Shown here: positions 1 to 9,265 of the stretch, piece after piece
Position numbering within the stretch: the first letter of the stretch is position 1
Layout of the letters: every line of letters starts with the position of its first letter
The notes under the pieces: model-generated
Seen by the model: the letters and a program-made list of their open reading frames with translations, nothing else
The model's database searches: none
What the model was told of the DNA's origin: nothing
DNA from: Candidatus Jorgensenbacteria bacterium GW2011_GWB1_50_10
GTDB lineage: Bacteria > Patescibacteriota > Minisyncoccia > UBA6257 > GWB1-50-10
DNA: 64,000 bases
Direction of reading: 5' to 3'
Assembly (NCBI GenBank): GCA_001004105.1
Contig: LCQK01000001.1
Span: forward strand, 38,928-102,927
Program-made: the position numbers and the translations under genes

Positions 1-122
1 GGTTGGAGCAGATGGGGCTCCGAGCGACCGCCTTGGAAGACGAGGAGTTGGTAGAACTTTTCTACAATCTTTACAATCCCCAACTTGTCGAGAAAAAAGG
101 ACTGGAAATCGCCAAACAATAA
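1..122 (+). CDS. 3' end of a gene upstream of the VirB4-like ATPase (partial)
   Basis: Frame 3 reads LEQMGLRATALEDEELVELFYNLYNPQLVEKKGLEIAKQ*, TAA at 120-122, abutting the next ATG. Confidence 0.6.
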   Translation, partial: LEQMGLRATALEDEELVELFYNLYNPQLVEKKGLEIAKQ

Positions 123-123
123 A

Positions 124-1881
124 ATGGCCGAAAAAATAAAAATACCGAAATCTTACGAACCGGGGCAAGAGGACTTGCCGAACGTGATTGCGCCGGCCGG
201 CATGGAAGTGAATTCCAACTACCTTAAAGTCGGCGATTATTTCGCCAAGACATTTTTCGTCTTCACTTACCCTCGCTACGTCGCGAGCGGCTGGTTCTCG
301 CCGGTCATCAATCTCGCCGAGATGATGGATATATCGGTTTTCGTTAACCCAATGGACACGGCTCTCGCCTTAAGAAATCTCCGCAAAAAAGTGGCGCAGG
401 TTGAGGCGGAAATCGCCGAAAAACAGGAGAAAGGCGTGGTCCGCGACCCGGTCTTGGAAACTGCCTACCAGGATATTGAAAACCTCCGCGACTCTCTCCA
501 GCAGGCACGGGAGAAGCTTTTTGAGGTCGGCGTCTATATCACGATTTACGGCTCCTCTCTCGAAAATTTAAGCAAACTGGAAAACACGATTGAGAATCTT
601 CTGGAGAGCAAACTAGTTTACATTAAACCCGCTCTTTTCCGGCACCTGGAAGGATTCAATTCGGTACTCCCGATCGCCCAAGACGATTTGAACGTCCATA
701 CACCCCTTAATTCCGGCCCAACCTCCTCTCTTTTCCCATTCATCTCGCCGGACCTCACCTCGGATAAGGGCATTCTTTATGGCGTGAACCTCCACAACAA
801 TAGTTTGGTGATTTTCGACCGGTTTTCCTTGGAGAACGCGAACAGCGTTGTTTTCGCAAAATCCGGCTCGGGCAAATCCTACGCCACCAAACTGGAAATT
901 ATCCGCTCGCTCATGGTGGATACGAACGTAATTGTGATTGACCCGGAAAACGAATATCAGAATCTCGCGAACGCCGTAGGCGGTAGCTACTTCAAAATTT
1001 CCTTAACTTCGCCAAATCACGTGAATCCCTTCGACATCCCGATTATCCCCCAGGGCGATGAACCGGCCGACGTTTTCAAATCCCATATTTTGAACCTGAC
1101 CGGCCTTGTGAAGTTGATGTTGGGCGAAGTATCACCCGAAGAAGACGCGCTTTTGGACCGAGCGATTACCGAAACCTACGCTTCGCGCGACATCACCGCC
1201 GAAAATTTTGGGAAAATTACGGAACTGCGGCCGCCGCTTTTGGAGGATTTGCAGACGATTTTGCAGAACACCGAAGGCGGCCGGACGCTTGCCCAGCGTT
1301 TGGATAAATTCACCCACGGGTCCTACGCCGGGTTCACCAACGCGCCGACCAACATTGACATTAAAAACCGTCTCATTGTTTTTTCAATCCGCGATTTGGA
1401 GGAAGAACTGCGGCCAATCGCGATGTACATCGTTTTGAACTTTGTTTGGAATCTTGTCCGAGCCGAGCTTAAACGCCGACTACTGATAATAGACGAGGCC
1501 TGGTGGATGATGAAATACAAAGACAGCGCTTCTTTCCTATTCGGCCTCGTAAAGAGGGCAAGAAAATATTTCCTGGGCGTCACCACCATTACCCAAGACG
1601 TGGAGGACTTCCTGCGTTCCGATTTCGGCCGGCCGATTGTCACCAACTCGTCGCTTCAGTTTCTAATGAAACAGTCGCCGACCTCCATCAACTCCGTTGC
1701 CCAGGCCTTCAATTTAACCGAGGGCGAAAAAGCGTTTCTCCTTGAATCGGCGGTCGGGGAAGGACTATTTTTCGCCGGGTTAAAACATGTGGCCTTGAAA
1801 GTCATCGCTTCCTACACCGAGGACCAGATTATCACCACTGACCCCGAACAAATTTTGGAGATGAAAGGAATTAAAAAATAG
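124..1881 (+). CDS. VirB4/TraC-like ATPase
   Basis: Walker A AKSGSGKS, IDPENEY, Walker B IIDEAW, RARKY and TQDVEDF motifs; ATG at 124 preferred. Confidence 0.85.
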   Translation: MAEKIKIPKSYEPGQEDLPNVIAPAGMEVNSNYLKVGDYFAKTFFVFTYPRYVASGWFSPVINLAEMMDISVFVNPMDTALALRNLRKKVAQVEAEIAEKQEKGVVRDPVLETAYQDIENLRDSLQQAREKLFEVGVYITIYGSSLENLSKLENTIENLLESKLVYIKPALFRHLEGFNSVLPIAQDDLNVHTPLNSGPTSSLFPFISPDLTSDKGILYGVNLHNNSLVIFDRFSLENANSVVFAKSGSGKSYATKLEIIRSLMVDTNVIVIDPENEYQNLANAVGGSYFKISLTSPNHVNPFDIPIIPQGDEPADVFKSHILNLTGLVKLMLGEVSPEEDALLDRAITETYASRDITAENFGKITELRPPLLEDLQTILQNTEGGRTLAQRLDKFTHGSYAGFTNAPTNIDIKNRLIVFSIRDLEEELRPIAMYIVLNFVWNLVRAELKRRLLIIDEAWWMMKYKDSASFLFGLVKRARKYFLGVTTITQDVEDFLRSDFGRPIVTNSSLQFLMKQSPTSINSVAQAFNLTEGEKAFLLESAVGEGLFFAGLKHVALKVIASYTEDQIITTDPEQILEMKGIKK

Positions 1882-1882
1882 C

Positions 1883-2257
1883 ATGGAAGAAGACAATAAA
1901 TTTACGGAAAGCGAGATGATTGTGGGAGGATTATTCGCTCTCGGTGTTGACGGCGTCTGCGCGCTTATTGATTTTACCGGCGTCGGCACCGCCGTCTCGC
2001 CGGTTATCCAGGGGTTTGCAACCTTTGCGATAGACAGATGGGTGGACAGTAAAGGCGGGGAAGTAATGGGTTTAGGAAAACAATTTGCCCAATATTCTGC
2101 CGGGGTAATTCCTCTCGTACCCACTACCACGGGTATTTTTGCTATAAGGGTTTTTATGCACAATCATCCAACGATTACTGAGGTGGCCGGAAAAGTTGTC
2201 GGTAAAATAGAGCCAGCTGCCGGAGCGGCGAGTAAAACATTAAAGAAAGCGGCATGA
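1883..2257 (+). CDS. Hypothetical membrane-associated protein in the VirB4 cluster
   Basis: 124-aa ORF coupled to neighbours, Gly-rich hydrophobic segments. Confidence 0.6.
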   Translation: MEEDNKFTESEMIVGGLFALGVDGVCALIDFTGVGTAVSPVIQGFATFAIDRWVDSKGGEVMGLGKQFAQYSAGVIPLVPTTTGIFAIRVFMHNHPTITEVAGKVVGKIEPAAGAASKTLKKAA

Positions 2258-2961
2258 GATCCAAATTTATAACTTACAACTTAAAACTCTTAACAACGAT
2301 TTTTATTGTCGTGTCATTAGTTATTGGTTATGAGTTATTGGTTGCGCCTGCTGGCGCCCAGATGCCAGCGCAGGTGCTCTTAACTTGGCAAGCCAATAAT
2401 TTTTATCCGGCTGATTACCAAGGTAAGGCACTCGCGACGCCAAAAACGCCGGTTAGCGTCTCGGCCGAGTTTTTGCGAAATGGCAAGTTCTTGGATATAT
2501 CCAAATCTAATTTCACCTGGCTTGTTGATGAAAAACTTCTCTCAAGCGGCGTGGGTCTCAAAGAAGTTGTCTTCAATGTGAATAAATCGCCCGGCGACAG
2601 TCATTTTATGAGAGTTTCCATAAACTCAAACGGCGAAATTTTTGGCAGTTCCGTCCGGGTACCGGTTTCAAAACCTATCCTCGCCCTTGAGGCTGCCTAT
2701 CCCGACGCGCTCGTGAGAGCCGGGAGCAGGGCGACGGTTGAAGCGGTTCCCTACTTTTTTAATGTCTCCTCGCTTCAGAATTTGGTCTTCTCGTGGCAGG
2801 TGGGCGACGGCAACCAAAAAGAAAGTGGGAGTGACAATGAATTGGTTTTAAATGTCGGCACGCCAACAGGCGTCGAGCCGATTACTATTTTCGGTTCGGC
2901 GAGAAATGTGAACGATTTGCTGGAGTTCGCCAGTGATAGAATAAGGTTAATTGTCTATTGA
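2254..2961 (+). CDS. Exported hypothetical protein, probably beta-sandwich domains
   Basis: N-terminal hydrophobic segment; ATGA overlap with upstream gene. Confidence 0.6.
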   Translation: MRSKFITYNLKLLTTIFIVVSLVIGYELLVAPAGAQMPAQVLLTWQANNFYPADYQGKALATPKTPVSVSAEFLRNGKFLDISKSNFTWLVDEKLLSSGVGLKEVVFNVNKSPGDSHFMRVSINSNGEIFGSSVRVPVSKPILALEAAYPDALVRAGSRATVEAVPYFFNVSSLQNLVFSWQVGDGNQKESGSDNELVLNVGTPTGVEPITIFGSARNVNDLLEFASDRIRLIVY

Positions 2962-2967
2962 ATATCA

Positions 2968-3876
2968 ATGAATATCCACTGGTTATCATTAGTTAAGTTA
3001 GCCCATGCCGTCACAGTTGACGTCGGTTTCGGGGGCCCGAGCGGGGGAACCGGCGAAAACATCGCCGATTACATCAAAAATATCTACATTTATGGTGTGA
3101 GTATTGCCGGAATACTTGCCGTCGGTGTCATCGTCTTCGGCGCAATTTATTATGCGGTTTCAGGCGGCAACCCCGACAAACAAAGGGATGCGAAAAGTAT
3201 GATTACAGGCGCTCTGTGGGGGGTAGCGCTCCTCTTGGGTTCCTACTTAATCTTGAATACCATTAACCCACAGATAACCACTTTAAGCACACTGCAACAG
3301 ACAAAAACCTGCGGTTCGAGCGAAGACCCAAAAACAAGCGGTTGCGTACCTGAAGCACCAATAATAAAACCGATCTGTGGTACAAGCACAAGCACCGATT
3401 GCATACCGGCCTGCGAAACCGGGCAAAGAGCTTGCGTTATCGGTGAAGCGACTTCGACTGGTTGCGTACAATGCGCTTATCAAGTTGCCCAATGCCGTCA
3501 AACGGCTTTTAGACTATTAAGCGGACAGGACGTGGCTTGTGAGGCCGGCACCTACAAAGAAGTTTTTTTGAGTGGTCCGTACGTTGTCCCAGATTGCGGT
3601 CAAATTCCACCGGATAGCTACGCTCCCGGTTCGCCCAAAAATTGTTCAAAGGGAGTAGATGACGCCCGATTCTTCAATGCAGATGGTGTTAATTTTGAAG
3701 ATGGCGTTGCGAGAGTTGCTCCTTACTACCCAGGCGACTTAGGACCAGAACAAGCCCAGTGTGTTATCTACGCCTATATAAGATCTTTAGAGGAGAGTGA
3801 AGCCACTTCTTCAACTTCTTCAGTCCAATCATCGCGTTGGGAAAGAGCAAAATTAAACGGTTTTAAGCCTTGCTAA
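2968..3876 (+). CDS. Pilin-like (TrbC/VirB2-like) membrane protein with Cys-rich C-terminal extension
   Basis: Two TM helices around SGGNPDKQRDAK, ending YLILNTINP, then a Cys-rich tail. Confidence 0.65.
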   Translation: MNIHWLSLVKLAHAVTVDVGFGGPSGGTGENIADYIKNIYIYGVSIAGILAVGVIVFGAIYYAVSGGNPDKQRDAKSMITGALWGVALLLGSYLILNTINPQITTLSTLQQTKTCGSSEDPKTSGCVPEAPIIKPICGTSTSTDCIPACETGQRACVIGEATSTGCVQCAYQVAQCRQTAFRLLSGQDVACEAGTYKEVFLSGPYVVPDCGQIPPDSYAPGSPKNCSKGVDDARFFNADGVNFEDGVARVAPYYPGDLGPEQAQCVIYAYIRSLEESEATSSTSSVQSSRWERAKLNGFKPC

Positions 3877-3877
3877 A

Positions 3878-4975
3878 ATGAAACACACTTATAAAGTAAT
3901 AATTATCGTCGTTATTGCTATTCTTGTCGCCCTCGGCATCTATCTCGCCTGGCGGCAAATTGCGGGGCCGGCGCCGGAGGAAACGGGAACGAACGGCGGA
4001 GCGCCGACCGAAATTCAGGAAACGGTAGGAACAACAAACGGGGTGATTACAAAAATTTCCGAAAACAAGGTTTTTGATTTCTGGGTTGTGTCCGCAACGA
4101 ATGAAGTTTATTATTTCCTCCCCGACGGGAAAATTTCGCTTGCCAAAGACGGCCCGGATTTGGAAACCTCCAAACAAGTTGTCAATGCCCTAAATTTCAT
4201 TGAAGTAGCGCCGGGCGGGAGAAAAATTTTGGCCGCCTTCGGCGACCCGCTTGCGCCGCAATGGGGGATTTTTGACGTGGTGGACAAGGTTTGGCGGCCA
4301 TTGCCTGGAGAACTGCAGAACGCGACCTGGGGCACAACCGACGAAAAATTGATTGCCGCTGTCAAGAATGGGAACGATTTGAACTTGGCGGAAGCTGACC
4401 TTACCCGAACGCCGCCGGCTTACAAGATTTTAATCAAGGATTTCCGGCTGAAAAACGTGAAATTATCCTACCTGCCGGAGAACCGTTTGATTATTGCCGA
4501 GGCGCCGGCTTCAAACTACGAATCAAGCATCTGGCAGCTTGATTTGAAAACCTTGGCCCTAAATCTGATGCTCACACCCCAAAAAGGCGAGTTTATAGAG
4601 TGGTCGGCTGATAAAAATTTCGGGTTTGCCTGGAATGCTAAAGATGGTTTTACAATTTTAAAAAGTGATTTTAAAGAAGTGCTCCCAACCATCTTTGATA
4701 CCCTCCCTTCAAAATGCAGCTCGTCGGCGAATAAAATCTACTGCTTTACGCCGCAGGCCATTCCCCAAACTGCCAACTTGCCGGACGATTACTTTGATAA
4801 AAAGTTTTTCTCAATTGATGATTTGTTTACGGTTGACGAGGAAACGGGCGACACTGTGAAATCCTTGGACGGCAGCGGTCTCGGCATTGACGCCAAAAAC
4901 CCCCAAGTTCTGGGGACCAAGCTTTACTTCATAAATCGCTACGACAATTATCTCTACGAACTGGACTTAAAGTGA
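3878..4975 (+). CDS. Membrane-anchored hypothetical protein, possibly beta-propeller
   Basis: N-terminal TM helix, 365-aa ORF ending KLYFINRYDNYLYELDL. Confidence 0.6.
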   Translation: MKHTYKVIIIVVIAILVALGIYLAWRQIAGPAPEETGTNGGAPTEIQETVGTTNGVITKISENKVFDFWVVSATNEVYYFLPDGKISLAKDGPDLETSKQVVNALNFIEVAPGGRKILAAFGDPLAPQWGIFDVVDKVWRPLPGELQNATWGTTDEKLIAAVKNGNDLNLAEADLTRTPPAYKILIKDFRLKNVKLSYLPENRLIIAEAPASNYESSIWQLDLKTLALNLMLTPQKGEFIEWSADKNFGFAWNAKDGFTILKSDFKEVLPTIFDTLPSKCSSSANKIYCFTPQAIPQTANLPDDYFDKKFFSIDDLFTVDEETGDTVKSLDGSGLGIDAKNPQVLGTKLYFINRYDNYLYELDLK

Positions 4976-5410
4976 ACCGGTGGAGAGGTGCTTGATGACG
5001 ACGCGGCGTTCGCGGCCCGTGCCGAAACTTTCGGTTTTGAGCTCCGGATGAGTGGTGATTTCCAAGTGCACCAGGCGCCGCTCATAGGCGTTCATCGGCG
5101 GCAACTCCACGTCGGTTTTGGTGAGCATCGCTTTGTGGGCGGCGGCCCGGGCGAGTTCGGAAATAAGCCGCTCTCTTTCCTTGCGGTAATAATTCAAATC
5201 CACGACGTAAGGACTGCGGTTTTCGTCTTTTACCATTAAATTCAGGAGGTGTTCCATCGCCGGCAAAACGGTCGCGGTCCGCGTCTGAATTAGGTCGTCG
5301 TCAATGAAAAGGGAGATTTTCCGGTGTTCTTCGTCAAGTTCAACCCGCGGCTCTTCAAAGCCCATGAGGGCCACTATCTTCTTAGTTTTTTGAATCAAAT
5401 CCTCGGTCAT
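4967..5410 (-). CDS. jag: Jag/KhpB-like R3H domain protein
   Basis: LPPMNAYERRLVH R3H motif; canonical position after yidC. Confidence 0.8.
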   Translation of the reverse strand: MTEDLIQKTKKIVALMGFEEPRVELDEEHRKISLFIDDDLIQTRTATVLPAMEHLLNLMVKDENRSPYVVDLNYYRKERERLISELARAAAHKAMLTKTDVELPPMNAYERRLVHLEITTHPELKTESFGTGRERRVVIKHLSTGSL

Positions 5411-6086
5411 GTTCCGGTTTAGGCAGCTTTTTATTGATGATAACCTGCTGGAACAAAGAAAACAAGGTTGAAGCCGACCAGTAAAGGCCGAGGGCGGAAG
5501 GGAAATTCAAAAGGATGATGAAGGTAAAAGCCGGCGCCATGTACATCGTTATTTTGGCGGGGGAAGCGAAAACGGTCTGTCGTTCTTGGGGATAAGCGGG
5601 ACGTGATGCCACCATGCTCATTCTTCCCAAAAAATATTGGAGCAGAGCGGCAATGACCGCGAGAGCCAAGCTTTTGGAACTCAAATCCAAAATTCCAAAA
5701 AAGCTGTGGCTCATGAAAGCGCTGCTACCGAGCTCTTTTAGGAGTACTTGATAGAGCGCAATTAAAATCGGCAGTTGGACCAAAAGCAGGAGAAACCCGG
5801 AGAAGGGATTTAAGCGGTGTTTTTTATAGAGCTCGAGGAGGGCTTGAGCCTGGCGTTCTTTGTCGGCCTTGTGGTCCAGTTGGATTTTCTGAATATGGGG
5901 TTGGAGCCGCTGCATTAAACTCTGGTCCTTGGCGCCTTTATAAAAAAGCGGAAAAAGAATTATCCGCACAAAAAACGTAAGGAGGATTATAGAGAGACCC
6001 AGGTCGTTGAAAGCTATATTGTCGTAGATGAAAACGAGAACCGCAAGAATTGGTTGGTATAAATAAGTGTTGAAAAGATTAATCAT
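5382..6086 (-). CDS. yidC: Membrane protein insertase YidC/Oxa1 (short form)
   Basis: RIILFPL, LLVQLPILIALY, ALGLYW motifs; context. Confidence 0.9.
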   Translation of the reverse strand: MINLFNTYLYQPILAVLVFIYDNIAFNDLGLSIILLTFFVRIILFPLFYKGAKDQSLMQRLQPHIQKIQLDHKADKERQAQALLELYKKHRLNPFSGFLLLLVQLPILIALYQVLLKELGSSAFMSHSFFGILDLSSKSLALAVIAALLQYFLGRMSMVASRPAYPQERQTVFASPAKITMYMAPAFTFIILLNFPSALGLYWSASTLFSLFQQVIINKKLPKPEHDRGFDSKN

Positions 6087-6325
6087 TTTATTTTCTCCCG
6101 GATTTCTTTTCTAAGCTCGGTGAATGTGAGGTTCACGGCGCCGGGACGGGCGACTACGAGAAAATCCCCGTTTTTATCCTTCAAAATCGGTCTCATTATA
6201 ACTCGCAGGCGTCTCTTCAAGCGGTTGCGGATGACCGCTTTTTTTGATACTGCCGCTCCAACCGCCAAAAAAAGCCGCTTCGCCTGCGACCCTTTTGGTT
6301 TCGTTTTTACGACCAAATTGGACAT
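6083..6325 (-). CDS. rnpA: Ribonuclease P protein component (short)
   Basis: KKAVIRNRLKRRLR RNR motif; between rpmH and yidC. Confidence 0.85.
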   Translation of the reverse strand: MSNLVVKTKPKGSQAKRLFLAVGAAVSKKAVIRNRLKRRLRVIMRPILKDKNGDFLVVARPGAVNLTFTELRKEIREKIK

Positions 6326-6334
6326 TAATAAAGA

Positions 6335-6472
6335 TTAGAGTGCAAGCCGGTGTCTTCCCTTTCGCCGCCTTCTCTTTAAAACGGCGCGGCCGCCGGCGGT
6401 CGCTTGCCTCTTTAAAAAGCCGTGAGTTGACTTTCTCTTTCTTTTCTTGGGCTGGTAAGTTCTTTTGGGCAT
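6335..6472 (-). CDS. rpmH: 50S ribosomal protein L34 (not in ORF track)
   Basis: Manual translation [45 protein letters not shown]. Confidence 0.95.
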   Translation of the reverse strand: MPKRTYQPKKRKRKSTHGFLKRQATAGGRAVLKRRRRKGRHRLAL

Positions 6473-6522
6473 TATTTAAGAAAACACTTTTGATAATTTA
6501 TTGCAAGAGCGGCGGCAAAAAC

Positions 6523-6542
6523 CTCTCCACAACTTATTCACA
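6523..6542 (+). promoter_or_regulatory. DnaA box-like pair upstream of dnaA
   Basis: CTCTCCACA (6523-6531) and TTATTCACA (6534-6542) versus consensus TTWTNCACA. Confidence 0.55.
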
Positions 6543-6623
6543 ATTAAAACACAAAATTGATTTATCATCAATGTTGCAACAAGTCTGAATATCCCTATCA
6601 TTAAAACCAAGCTTTTTATTCTT

Positions 6624-7994
6624 ATGGACCCGAAAGAAATTTGGCAAACGGTATTAGGCGAAATCGAACTTCAAATCTCGAGGCCAAATTTCTTAACGTG
6701 GCTCAAACAAAGCGAGCTCCTGAGCCGCGACGAAAAAGAAGGAACGGCCTTCGTGGGACTGCCGAATAATTTCGCTAAAGAGTGGGTCAAGAACCGCTAT
6801 CATAAAATAATATTAGGTTCACTCCGAAATATCGACGGCTCAATAAAGAACATCAGTTATGTTGTCGTCAACAATCAAAACCCGAGCGCGGCTGTTCTGA
6901 AAAAAACCAGGCTTGCAAAATCAATGACGCCGCAGGCAGCCTTGATAGAGGTTAAAATTGACCCGAAAACGAATTTGAATCCCAAATACACTTTGGAGTC
7001 TTTTGTTGTCGGCTCGTCGAACGAACTGGCGTACGCCGCAATCCAAGCAATAACCAAAGAAGTCGGCCGAAAATACAATCCGCTTTTCGTCTACGGCGGC
7101 GTGGGTCTGGGAAAAACTCATCTCCTTCAGGCCGGCGGCAACGAGATTCAAAAAAATCACGAAAACAAAAATGTCCTCTACGTCACCTCAGAAAAATTCA
7201 TTAATGACGTTGTTTGGTCCATCCGCAACAAAAGAATGGAGGATATGAAGAAAAAATACCGCGATGTTGATGTCTTGATAATCGACGACATCCAATTCAT
7301 CGGCGGCAAACCCTCAACCGAGCAGGAGTTTTTTTACACCTTCAATGTCCTCTACGAAAACTCCAAGCAAATAATCATCTCTTCCGACCGGGCGCCAGCC
7401 GCCATCCCCACCTTAGAAGAGCGGTTGAGGAGCCGTTTCGAAGGCGGCATGATAGTGGATATCGGCTATCCGGATTACGAGATGCGGCTTGCCATCTTAA
7501 AAACCAAAGTCCTGGAGCATGGGTGGTCGGTTATGGAAAAAACACTGGAATCAGTTGCCGCGAAAGTTCAAAGGAACATCCGGGAATTAGAAGGAGTTTT
7601 GAATAAAGTGGTTTTTTATGAGCAGTATAAAAACGAAAAAATCGACGCCAAAAAACTTGACGAGATTATCAGCGAAACGACGCAGCTTGCGGCTAGAAAC
7701 ATCACTGCTGGCAATGTTCTAAGCGTCGTTGCCGAATTCTTTGAGGTTTCCCCAAATGATTTGGCTGGCCGAAGTCGGAAAAGTGAGGTGGTGGAACCAA
7801 GACAAATCTGCATGTACCTCCTCCGTGACATCTTGAAACTATCCTATCCTCACATCGGCGAAAAACTCGGGCACCGCGACCACACTACTGCCATCCATGC
7901 CTGCGAAAAAATAACGAGGGATGTAAATCAAAACCCAACACTTAACCAAAAAATAATGCTCATTAAGGAGAGGTTGTATAAAAACGGGGGATAG
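6624..7994 (+). CDS. dnaA: Chromosomal replication initiator DnaA
   Basis: YNPLFVYGGVGLGKTHL, IIDDIQF, RDHTT motifs. Confidence 0.98.
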   Translation: MDPKEIWQTVLGEIELQISRPNFLTWLKQSELLSRDEKEGTAFVGLPNNFAKEWVKNRYHKIILGSLRNIDGSIKNISYVVVNNQNPSAAVLKKTRLAKSMTPQAALIEVKIDPKTNLNPKYTLESFVVGSSNELAYAAIQAITKEVGRKYNPLFVYGGVGLGKTHLLQAGGNEIQKNHENKNVLYVTSEKFINDVVWSIRNKRMEDMKKKYRDVDVLIIDDIQFIGGKPSTEQEFFYTFNVLYENSKQIIISSDRAPAAIPTLEERLRSRFEGGMIVDIGYPDYEMRLAILKTKVLEHGWSVMEKTLESVAAKVQRNIRELEGVLNKVVFYEQYKNEKIDAKKLDEIISETTQLAARNITAGNVLSVVAEFFEVSPNDLAGRSRKSEVVEPRQICMYLLRDILKLSYPHIGEKLGHRDHTTAIHACEKITRDVNQNPTLNQKIMLIKERLYKNGG

Positions 7995-8152
7995 ATTGGT
8001 AATTAGTAACTAGCAACTTGTAACTGGTAATTTATTATCAACAACCCATAAAGTACTTTCTAAAAGTTATAAACAATCAGGGCTTACGAATTACTAATTA
8101 CAAATTACTAATTTCCAACTTATCCCCTTACCAACACCAACTACTACAACTA
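7995..8152. other. Probable oriC (dnaA-dnaN intergenic region)
   Basis: AT-rich; degenerate DnaA boxes TTATCAACA (8035), TTATAAACA (8067), TTATCCCCT (8120), then a CAA/CTA trinucleotide run (8138-8152). Confidence 0.65.
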
Positions 8153-9265
8153 ATGAAATTAATTATATTAAAAACTAACTTAGTAGACGCACTGAATGCC
8201 GTTGAAGGTTCGGTGGGTGATAACACTAATTTACCAATTTTAAAAAACATTCTTCTTTCAACCGAAGATAATAAAATAATTTTGACATCAACTAACCTCG
8301 AAATTGCCGTAAAATACTCCATTCCAGGGAAAATAGTGGAAACAGGAATATTAACCGTGCCTTTCGGGATTTTTAGTAATATCGCTAAAAATCTCACTTC
8401 GGAAAGAGTGACACTCGAAAAGCAAGGTAAAAATTTCGTGGTTACGACAGACAACTATGAAGCCTCCCTCCGTTCTCAAGATCCTAAGGATTTCCCAATA
8501 ATCCCAACCATCCAAAACAAGAAAAATTCCATAAGAATTGGCGTAAATTTACTAAAAGGTATTCTCTCGCGAGTGGTTGTTGCCGCTCAATATTCCGACG
8601 TGAGGCCGGAAATAAGCGGTGTTTTCCTGAGTTATAAGGATAAAAAGCTTACCCTTGTTGCAACCGACAGTTTTCGGCTGGTTGAAATTTCTTTAAATCC
8701 TGGCGATTTTGAGGCAGATACAGATGATATCGCGGTCATAATTCCCTTAAAAACAGCCTTGGAGATTCTCCGGAGTCTGGCAGCAAGAGATGGCGGCGAG
8801 GTTTCGGTTTTTATAGATCCCAATCAAGTTCTTTTTCAAACCGAATCTGAAACCCTAATCTCGAGATTAATTGATGGTTCCTTCCCCGATTATCAAGCGA
8901 TAATTCCCAAGCAGATTAAATCCGAAGCAACTCTTTCACGAGAAGAATTATTAAATGCTGTGAAAATCACGAAGGTTTTTGCTGGGCGGGCGAATGATAT
9001 CACTTTGAAAGTCGGCGAGAACAAGAAATCCCTTGAAATCTTCGCTGCCGACAGCGCTCTAGGCGAAAACCAGTATAAAGTGCCGATAAAACTGAAAGGT
9101 GAGAAATTCTCGCTCGGATTCAATTGGCGGTATCTTTTTGACGGTCTGAAAATCTGGAGCGGCGAAGAAATAACCCTGGGCGTAAACGAACCCGACCGAC
9201 CGGTTCTGGTCAGAAACACCACCGAACCGAACGCTCTTTATGTGGTGATGCCGATTAAGTCTTAG
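8153..9265 (+). CDS. dnaN: DNA polymerase III beta clamp
   Basis: VATDSFRL, SRLIDGSFPDY, VVMPI motifs; follows dnaA. Confidence 0.97.
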   Translation: MKLIILKTNLVDALNAVEGSVGDNTNLPILKNILLSTEDNKIILTSTNLEIAVKYSIPGKIVETGILTVPFGIFSNIAKNLTSERVTLEKQGKNFVVTTDNYEASLRSQDPKDFPIIPTIQNKKNSIRIGVNLLKGILSRVVVAAQYSDVRPEISGVFLSYKDKKLTLVATDSFRLVEISLNPGDFEADTDDIAVIIPLKTALEILRSLAARDGGEVSVFIDPNQVLFQTESETLISRLIDGSFPDYQAIIPKQIKSEATLSREELLNAVKITKVFAGRANDITLKVGENKKSLEIFAADSALGENQYKVPIKLKGEKFSLGFNWRYLFDGLKIWSGEEITLGVNEPDRPVLVRNTTEPNALYVVMPIKS

